This document shows positions 34,793 through 40,924 of a stretch of 40,924 nucleotides of DNA, one piece after another. The stretch comes from an uncultured Ruminococcus sp. (lineage in GTDB: Bacteria; Bacillota; Clostridia; Oscillospirales; CAG-272). How positions within the stretch are numbered: position 1 is the first letter of the stretch; each line of letters opens with the position of its first letter. Where the stretch lies: contig CAYZZJ010000001.1 in NCBI GenBank assembly GCA_964482885.1, positions 1-40,924 on the forward strand, given 5' to 3'. Under the pieces are notes generated by a model that did not search any database, was not told the origin of the DNA, and saw nothing but the letters and a program-made list of their open reading frames with translations. The position numbers and the translations under genes were made by a program.

Positions 34793-37066
34793 ATGAATTT
34801 TCAAAGATGTGTTAAATGTCAGAAGAGGCCGGCAATGGTGTTTGTCACCCGCCTCGAAAACGGCAAAAGTATTCACGAGGGGCTATGCCTCTTATGCGCT
34901 AAGGAGCTTGGTATAAAGCCGGTCAGCGATATGCTCAAGAATATGGGTGTTGACGAAAGTCAGATGGACGCAATGCTCGAGGATATAGACAGCGCACTCC
35001 CCGAAATTTTCGAGGACGGAGAAAACAACGAGGGCAAGCAGCCCACGCTAAATCTTGCTCAGATGTTCGGTATGCAGGGCGCAGAGAATTCTCAGCCTAA
35101 GCAGAAGAAGGGCAAGGCAGCGCCCGAGGGAGAGAAGAAAACGCTTTCGCTCTATTGCACCAATCTCAACGAAAAGGCAAAGGGCGGCAAGATAGATAAT
35201 CTCATCGGGCGTGACCGCGAGATCGAGAGAATTATTCAGATACTTTGCCGTAGGCAAAAGAATAACCCCTGTCTTATAGGTGAGCCCGGCGTAGGTAAAA
35301 CCGCCATAGCCGAGGAGCTGGCGCGCAGAATAGTTGAGGAGCGCGTTCCCGCGGCTCTTCGAGATTACGAGGTATGGCAGCTCGATCTTACCTCGCTTGT
35401 TGCGGGTACTCAGTTCCGCGGACAGTTTGAGTCGCGCGTGCTTGCGCTTATCAAGGAGATAAAGGCGTGCGGCAATATAATACTGATGATAGACGAGGTT
35501 CATAATATCGCCGGTGCAGGCGAGACCTCCGACGGCAGCATGAGCGCCGCAAATCTCCTCAAGCCCGCCCTTTCCAGGGGTGAAATACGCGTAATAGGTG
35601 CAACCACGCTTAAGGAATACCGTAAGCATATAGAAAAGGACAGCGCTCTTGAGCGCCGCTTCCAGCCCGTCAAGGTAGAGGAGCCGTCTATCGACGATAC
35701 TGTAGAAATCATCAAGGGAATAAAGAAGTATTACGAGTCCTTCCACGGGCTTAAGATATCGGACGCCACCGCGAGAGCTGCGGCAATTTTGTCCGAGAAA
35801 TATATTACGGACAGATTTTTGCCCGACAAGGCTATAGACCTCATTGACGAGGCAGCATCAAAGGTTGCGCTCTCATCCCCCGAGCTTGGCGAGAGACGTA
35901 TATGTGCAAAGCGCCTTGACGAGCTTGCAAAGGGAATGGCTGAGATAGAGTCGAAGCTTGAAGCGGCAGAGGGGCAGACCGAGGAAAATTACAAGGCAAT
36001 GGCAGACTATAAGGCGGAACGCCTTCGCCTTGAAACGCGCGCCGGCGAGCTTGATAAGATACTCGAGGAGCTTTCGGTGGGAATCCCCGACCTGTTGCGA
36101 GTGGTAGAGGTATGGACGGGAATACCCGCATCCGAGCTGAGTGTCGGCGACCTCGATTTGCTTACAGGCCTTTATGACCGTATATCCAAGTCGATAATAG
36201 GTCAGGATGAAGCTGTGCGTGCGGTTGTTCGCGCTGTGCGCAGAAAGCGTGCGGGTGTTTCTTACAGAAACAATCCCATATCTATGATATTTGCAGGACC
36301 CACGGGCGTCGGTAAGACGGAGCTTGTGAAGGTGCTGGCAGCAGATCTCTTTAAGCAACCGGAATCGCTTATAAGACTCGATATGTCCGAGTATATGGAA
36401 AAGCACGCGGTATCCAAGATTATAGGCTCTCCTCCCGGCTACGTCGGCTACGACGAGGCGGGACAGCTTACCGAAAAAATCAGACGCCGCCCGTATTCCG
36501 TAATCCTCTTTGATGAGATCGAAAAGGCACATCCCGACGTCCTGAATATCCTTTTGCAGGTGCTTGACGACGGAAAGATCACCGATGCGCAGGGCAGAGA
36601 GGTAAGCTTCTCCAACACCGTAATCATAATGACCACGAATGCAGGTAGCGAGAAATCTAATTCTGTATCCGGATTCACCGTTAACAGACAGGCTCAGAAC
36701 GAGGAACGCGTAGAAAAGGCTCTTTCCAAATTCCTGCGTCCCGAGTTTATGAACCGCATTGATGAGATAATAACCTTCAGACATTTATCGACGGATGACT
36801 TCGAGGGAATAGCAAATATAATGCTTACCAAGATGAAGGAGCATCTCGCCGAGAAGGAGATAACGCTCGTCTATTCGCCCGAGGTTCTTTCCTATATTGC
36901 AAAGGAATCCTTCAGCGAAAAATACGGCGCAAGAAATATGCGAAGGTATATAGAGAGAAACGTCGAGGATACCGTTGCCAACTTCATCATAGATGCGTTC
37001 CCGGACAAAATTACCGGCATATCTATATCCTTGAAGGACGGCGCACTCAAATTTGACAATATATGA
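34793..37066 (+). CDS. clpE: ClpE-type double-ring AAA+ (Clp/Hsp100) ATPase with an N-terminal zinc ribbon
   Basis: CVKC...CLLC N-terminus instead of a Clp_N repeat. D1 has GEPGVGKT and DEVH, D2 has GPTGVGKT and [10 protein letters not shown]. Short coiled-coil M-region. VSGF loop at the position of the ClpP-docking tripeptide. Confidence 0.8.
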   Translation: MNFQRCVKCQKRPAMVFVTRLENGKSIHEGLCLLCAKELGIKPVSDMLKNMGVDESQMDAMLEDIDSALPEIFEDGENNEGKQPTLNLAQMFGMQGAENSQPKQKKGKAAPEGEKKTLSLYCTNLNEKAKGGKIDNLIGRDREIERIIQILCRRQKNNPCLIGEPGVGKTAIAEELARRIVEERVPAALRDYEVWQLDLTSLVAGTQFRGQFESRVLALIKEIKACGNIILMIDEVHNIAGAGETSDGSMSAANLLKPALSRGEIRVIGATTLKEYRKHIEKDSALERRFQPVKVEEPSIDDTVEIIKGIKKYYESFHGLKISDATARAAAILSEKYITDRFLPDKAIDLIDEAASKVALSSPELGERRICAKRLDELAKGMAEIESKLEAAEGQTEENYKAMADYKAERLRLETRAGELDKILEELSVGIPDLLRVVEVWTGIPASELSVGDLDLLTGLYDRISKSIIGQDEAVRAVVRAVRRKRAGVSYRNNPISMIFAGPTGVGKTELVKVLAADLFKQPESLIRLDMSEYMEKHAVSKIIGSPPGYVGYDEAGQLTEKIRRRPYSVILFDEIEKAHPDVLNILLQVLDDGKITDAQGREVSFSNTVIIMTTNAGSEKSNSVSGFTVNRQAQNEERVEKALSKFLRPEFMNRIDEIITFRHLSTDDFEGIANIMLTKMKEHLAEKEITLVYSPEVLSYIAKESFSEKYGARNMRRYIERNVEDTVANFIIDAFPDKITGISISLKDGALKFDNI

Positions 37067-37093
37067 GTTTTCATCAAAAAGGAGGTATAAATT

Positions 37094-37915
37094 ATGGCAG
37101 AATGTTCACATGATTGCTCAACCTGCTCGCAGAAATGCTCTGATGAATCGCTCCTTGCACCGGCGAACCAGGGCAGCTCTGTAAAGCACGTTATCGGTAT
37201 TGTAAGCGGTAAGGGCGGCGTAGGAAAGTCGCTTGTAACCTCTATGCTTGCCGTTACTATGAGTAGGCGAGGATATCGCTGCGCAATTCTTGATGCAGAT
37301 ATCACAGGCCCCTCTATCCCGAAGGCGTTCGGCTTGAAGCCGGGTACTGTAGAGGGCAGCGACATAGGTATGTTCCCTGTGGTTACGAAAACCGGAATTG
37401 AGGTTATGAGCCTTAACCTGCTCGTAGATGAGGAGACTAAGCCCGTAGTATGGCGCGGACCCGTTATCGCAGGCACCGTTAAGCAGTTCTGGACCGACGT
37501 TGTCTGGGGTGAGGTAGACTATATGTTCGTTGATATGCCTCCCGGAACGGGCGACGTTCCTCTCACAGTCTTCCAGAGTCTTCCCCTTGACGGCATAATT
37601 ATAGTTACAAGCCCTCAGGAGCTTGTGTCTATGATAGTAGAGAAGGCTGTAAATATGGCAAAGCTTATGGACGTCAATGTCCTCGGCCTTGTTGAGAACT
37701 ATTCATATATCGTATGCCCCGATTGCGGTAAGGTCATAAGACCGTACGGCGAGGGCCGTATCAAGGCGCTTGCCGAATCCTACGGCACGGCAGCTCTCGC
37801 AGAGCTTCCTATTGATCCCGAGCTTGCATCGCTTTCGGATAAGGGCGTTGTAGAGCTGTTCGAGGGCGATTACATGGATAGAGCAGCCGACGCTATCGAA
37901 AAGGCGTTCAAGTAA
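37094..37915 (+). CDS. Mrp/NBP35/ApbC-family Fe-S cluster carrier ATPase
   Basis: Deviant Walker A GKGGVGKS, CPDCG motif, and N-terminal CSHDCSTCSQKC cysteine cluster. Strong RBS AAGGAGGT. Confidence 0.88.
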   Translation: MAECSHDCSTCSQKCSDESLLAPANQGSSVKHVIGIVSGKGGVGKSLVTSMLAVTMSRRGYRCAILDADITGPSIPKAFGLKPGTVEGSDIGMFPVVTKTGIEVMSLNLLVDEETKPVVWRGPVIAGTVKQFWTDVVWGEVDYMFVDMPPGTGDVPLTVFQSLPLDGIIIVTSPQELVSMIVEKAVNMAKLMDVNVLGLVENYSYIVCPDCGKVIRPYGEGRIKALAESYGTAALAELPIDPELASLSDKGVVELFEGDYMDRAADAIEKAFK

Positions 37916-37938
37916 TATAGCGGTATAAATTTTTGCAA

Positions 37939-37986
37939 TAAAACGGAACGGTCGCGGCAAAGCCCGATTGCTCCGTTTTTATTTTT
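37939..37986 (+). terminator. Intrinsic terminator after the mrp-family gene
   Basis: AAAACGGA (37940-37947) pairs with TCCGTTTT (37972-37979), followed by TATTTTTT. The loop is large (24 nt) and has internal pairing options. Confidence 0.5.
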
Positions 37987-38000
37987 TCACTATCCAAAAA

Positions 38001-38034
38001 TGCGACATAATATGTAAAACCGATGTGCTAGAAT
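38001..38034 (+). promoter_or_regulatory. Candidate spoIIGA promoter: extended -10 TGcTAGAAT with a Spo0A-box-like heptamer upstream
   Basis: TGC-TAGAAT at 38026-38034. TGCGACA at 38001-38007 matches 6 of 7 positions of TTCGACA. No good -35, as expected for an activator-dependent promoter. Confidence 0.35.
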
Positions 38035-38052
38035 GTACGCGGAGGCGAATGT

Positions 38053-38907
38053 ATGAGGGTTTTATATATTGACGTTTACTTTCTTATTAACTTTACGATA
38101 GACATGGTCGCTCTGTTCATTTCCGCAAAGCTCTTACACATAGCGACCTCCACGCGGCGTATACTGATTATTTCCGCTCTGGGCGCATTGTTCGCGGTTG
38201 CGGACGTGTTTTCAGACGGCATCGTTTGGCTTACGGCAATCGGCGCGGTATCCTTTCTCTTGTGCGTGGGCATAGTAGTGAGCGGAAGGATAACAATTGT
38301 TACAAGAGCGCGGCTGGTTCTCGTATTCCTGGTAATGGAGATGCTTCTCGGGGGTATCGTGTGGTACGGTTACCGTCTTCTCAACAGATATCTCGGCGAT
38401 ATAAGCGGATACATAGAAGAGGGTAGCGTAAACAGGAGCGCGCTTGTATTTTCGGTAATAGTTTTATTTGCGATTGGGGTGTTGAAATTGTTTATTATGA
38501 TGTTCTCTAAGACCACGGACATAAGAAGCGTCCGCGTGCGGATATCTGCGTGCGGCAGGGAGATAGAATGCGAGGCACTCGTTGACAGCGGAAATCTTGT
38601 TAAGGATCCCATGAATATGAACCCGGTAATATTCTTGAAGCGCCCACTTGCGGAGCAGCTGTTCCCAAAGCAGGCTCTCGATCTTACGGACATAGATGAG
38701 CTTGATGCTGCAGTTAAGCGCAGGATACGTCTTATACCAATAAGCAGGGGCGGTGAAACTCATGTCTGGTCAGGGCTTTTGGCAGACGGGATATCCTTTC
38801 CCGAAATAAGTGAGAATATATTAAGCGCAACGCTTGCGCTGGATAAGGAGGAAGGGGACTACGGCGGACATTTAGCACTTGTACCGTCGAGCCTTATAAC
38901 CAAATGA
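38053..38907 (+). CDS. spoIIGA: Sporulation sigma-E processing aspartic protease SpoIIGA
   Basis: N-terminal [17 protein letters not shown] membrane domain (5 TM) and C-terminal ALVDSGN active-site motif. Immediately upstream of sigE. Confidence 0.9.
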   Translation: MRVLYIDVYFLINFTIDMVALFISAKLLHIATSTRRILIISALGALFAVADVFSDGIVWLTAIGAVSFLLCVGIVVSGRITIVTRARLVLVFLVMEMLLGGIVWYGYRLLNRYLGDISGYIEEGSVNRSALVFSVIVLFAIGVLKLFIMMFSKTTDIRSVRVRISACGREIECEALVDSGNLVKDPMNMNPVIFLKRPLAEQLFPKQALDLTDIDELDAAVKRRIRLIPISRGGETHVWSGLLADGISFPEISENILSATLALDKEEGDYGGHLALVPSSLITK

Positions 38908-39614
38908 TAGGGGTAATGAAAAAGGCTGTCGCAGCTGTAAAGGGCTTCTTTTACAGCCTTGCGTGTAAAAATGAGCTGTATTATATTAACGGAAGCGAAA
39001 CGCTGCCGCCTCCGCTCTCACACGAGGAAGAGGAGGAGGCAATATCAAACATCGCAAGCTATGACGCGAGATGTAAGCTCGTTGAGCATAACCTAAGGCT
39101 CGTTGCATATATAGCTAAGCGCTTTGAAAATACGGGCGCTAATATAGAGGAGCTTATATCCATAGGCACGCTTGGGCTTATGAAGGCGGTTGCTACCTTC
39201 AATTCGGAAAAAAGTATAAAGCTCGCTACCTATGCTTCAAGGTGCATAGAAAACGAAATATTGATGTTTATAAGGAAATCCTCGTCGCAAAGGCGGGAAA
39301 TTTCCATAGACGAGCCGCTGAGCGTAGATTGGGACGGCAACGAGCTTTTGCTGTCGGACGTTCTCGGCAGTGAGCAGGACGTTGTGTTTAAGAGCATGGA
39401 GGAGGCGGAGGAGCGCAGCATACTTCGCGAGGCTGTAGGTACGCTCAACGAGCGTGAGCGTATAATAATTGATATGAGATACGGGCTTTCGGGCGAGCTG
39501 CCACTTACACAAAAGGAGGTTGCTGACGAGCTTGGCATCTCTCAAAGCTACATATCGCGCATAGAAAAGCGTATTATGGCACGGTTAAAGAGAAAAATAG
39601 AGGAAAAGATTTAG
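38904..39614 (+). CDS. sigE: Sporulation sigma factor E (pro-sigma-E)
   Basis: Pro-sequence followed by [14 protein letters not shown], region 2 ([23 protein letters not shown]), and region 4 HTH ([22 protein letters not shown]). ATGA overlap with spoIIGA. The alternative start at 38916 (MKK...) is equally plausible. Confidence 0.93.
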   Translation: MIGVMKKAVAAVKGFFYSLACKNELYYINGSETLPPPLSHEEEEEAISNIASYDARCKLVEHNLRLVAYIAKRFENTGANIEELISIGTLGLMKAVATFNSEKSIKLATYASRCIENEILMFIRKSSSQRREISIDEPLSVDWDGNELLLSDVLGSEQDVVFKSMEEAEERSILREAVGTLNERERIIIDMRYGLSGELPLTQKEVADELGISQSYISRIEKRIMARLKRKIEEKI

Positions 39615-39663
39615 GGGAAGAGAAAATAAATCAGAAAAAAGTTGAAAAAAATGCCGAAAACTA

Positions 39664-39692
39664 TTGCAAACTCAAAACAAATATGATATAAT
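39664..39692 (+). promoter_or_regulatory. Sigma-A-type promoter for rpmE
   Basis: TTGCAA (39664-39669), 17-nt spacer, TATAAT (39687-39692). Confidence 0.6.
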
Positions 39693-39734
39693 CAATCGTA
39701 ATGAAAAAAGATTCTAAATTTGTGAGGTGTTAAA

Positions 39735-39938
39735 ATGAAGGCTGGAATACATCCCGAATACAAAGAGGCTACCATCAGATGTGCTTGCGGCGCTACCGTT
39801 TCCACTCACTCCGTTAAGGGTGATATGAACGTGGAAATTTGCTCCAAGTGCCATCCCTTCTATACTGGTAAGCAGAAGTTTGTAGATGCCGGCGGACGCG
39901 TTGACAAGTTCAAGAGGCGTCTTGCAATGGTTAAGTAA
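39735..39938 (+). CDS. rpmE: 50S ribosomal protein L31 (zinc-binding type A)
   Basis: MKAGIHPEY..., CAC and [10 protein letters not shown] cysteine motifs. Confidence 0.97.
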   Translation: MKAGIHPEYKEATIRCACGATVSTHSVKGDMNVEICSKCHPFYTGKQKFVDAGGRVDKFKRRLAMVK

Positions 39939-39947
39939 TCATTGCTT

Positions 39948-39990
39948 CAAAGAGCGTTGAGTCGTCCTCGACTGTGCGCTCTTTTTCTTT
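39948..39990 (+). terminator. Intrinsic terminator after rpmE
   Basis: AAAGAGCG..GTCG-TCCT-CGAC..CGCTCTTT stem followed by TTCTTTTATTTT. Confidence 0.8.
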
Positions 39991-40013
39991 TATTTTATAG
40001 TCCGGAGGGCATT

Positions 40014-40924
40014 ATGTCTGAGGTAAATACCAGAGATGCGATACTGGTCACGATAGCCGAGAGCAGCTCTGAGGTTTCCGAATGTGAAAGGAGCCTTGGC
40101 GAGCTTGAGCGCCTGCTTGATACTGCGGGCGGCGCATCGGTTGCAAAGGTGATACAGGTAAAAGATAAGTTTGATCCGCGCACCTGCATAGGCAGCGGAA
40201 AGGTTAAAGAGGTTCGTGAGCTTTGCGAGGCTACCGGTGCGGACCTTATAATATTTGATTTTGAGCTTACCCCGGCTCAGATACGAAATCTCGAGGACGA
40301 TATAGGCATTCAGGTCGATGTTATCGACCGCAGCATGCTTATACTTGATATATTCGCACAAAATGCGACAAGCGGTGAAGGAAAGCTGCAGGTGCAGCTG
40401 GCACAGCTGAGATACTCGGCGCCTAGGCTTGTCGGAAAGGGCACCGAGCTTTCAAGGCAGGGTGGCGGAATAGGCTCAAGAGGTCCCGGTGAGTCGAAGC
40501 TCGAAACCGACAGACGTCACGTCAGAGAAAAAATATTGGCTCTTGAGAAAAAACTTGAGGAGCTTGAGCATAACCGAATGGTTATGCGCGCACAGCGCGA
40601 CAGAAGCGGGTTGCCGAAGGTGGCGCTCGTCGGATACACAAACGCGGGCAAGTCAACGCTCTTAAACAAGCTGACCGATGCGAGTGTTCTTGCCGAGAAT
40701 AAGCTGTTTGCTACGCTTGATCCCACTACTCGTAAGCTGCTTTTGCCCTCGGGAGAGAGCGTTCTTCTCACCGATACGGTAGGATTTGTCAGAAAGCTTC
40801 CGCATCATCTTGTTAAGGCGTTCAAATCAACGCTCGATGAGGTCAGATATGCGGATATACTTGTGCTCGTAGCCGATGCATCGGATCCCGAGGTGGGCGA
40901 GCAGCTTGAGGTTACAAGAGAGGT
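40014..40924 (+). CDS. hflX: GTPase HflX, 3'-truncated by the window edge
   Basis: Not in the ORF track because it is open-ended. My translation from the ATG at 40014 (after a GGAGGG RBS) gives MSEVNTRDAILV...GKLQVQLAQLRY...GPGESKLETDRR...VGYTNAGKSTLLN...DTVGFVRKLPHHLV, which are HflX N-domain and G-domain motifs. Confidence 0.9.
   Translation, partial: MSEVNTRDAILVTIAESSSEVSECERSLGELERLLDTAGGASVAKVIQVKDKFDPRTCIGSGKVKEVRELCEATGADLIIFDFELTPAQIRNLEDDIGIQVDVIDRSMLILDIFAQNATSGEGKLQVQLAQLRYSAPRLVGKGTELSRQGGGIGSRGPGESKLETDRRHVREKILALEKKLEELEHNRMVMRAQRDRSGLPKVALVGYTNAGKSTLLNKLTDASVLAENKLFATLDPTTRKLLLPSGESVLLTDTVGFVRKLPHHLVKAFKSTLDEVRYADILVLVADASDPEVGEQLEVTRE

Noticed and set aside
1-40924. Any mobile element, prophage, defence island, CRISPR array, or tRNA/rRNA gene
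   Set aside because: Every ORF longer than about 100 aa on the supported strand is a recognisable housekeeping, cell-envelope, DNA-repair or sporulation gene, or a small hypothetical embedded in such operons. I saw no integrase, transposase or nuclease-helicase defence signatures, no arrays of repeats, and no tRNA-like T-arm sequences in the intergenic DNA.

Overview
The window reads as core chromosome of an endospore-forming Bacillota (Clostridia-like) organism. I see no phage, transposase, CRISPR, toxin-antitoxin or defence genes, and no rRNA or tRNA genes. In order, the content is: metK (5' partial) and recD2. Next is a divergent MreB-family gene with a coupled 39-aa membrane microprotein, followed by a ~330-bp structured non-coding spacer. 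A minus-strand dcw cluster follows (mraZ, rsmH, an atypical gene in the ftsL slot, a class B PBP, murE, murF, mraY, ftsW, murG, ftsZ). Then come a small orphan ORF, ispD-ispF-rpe, and a convergent operon of a 4-TM protein, DUF951, ruvA and ruvB. The nusB to recN block contains a TsaD/Kae1 paralog, xseAB, tlyA, nadK and argR. The window ends with murB-whiA-dnaE, cvpA, a ClpE-type AAA+ gene and mrp, then spoIIGA-sigE, rpmE and hflX (3' partial). Several near-consensus sigma-A promoters, intrinsic terminators and a tandem MraZ-box-like repeat are readable directly. I cannot support a clearly novel multi-gene system. The best leads are: (1) the degenerate-motif MreB paralog, its microprotein and the adjacent nested inverted-repeat element convergent with ftsZ; (2) a dcw cluster that lacks murD, murC, ftsQ and ftsA locally and has a tail-anchored protein where ftsL normally sits; (3) a TsaD-family paralog translationally coupled to nusB. 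All functional calls rest on motif recognition by eye. No database search was run.
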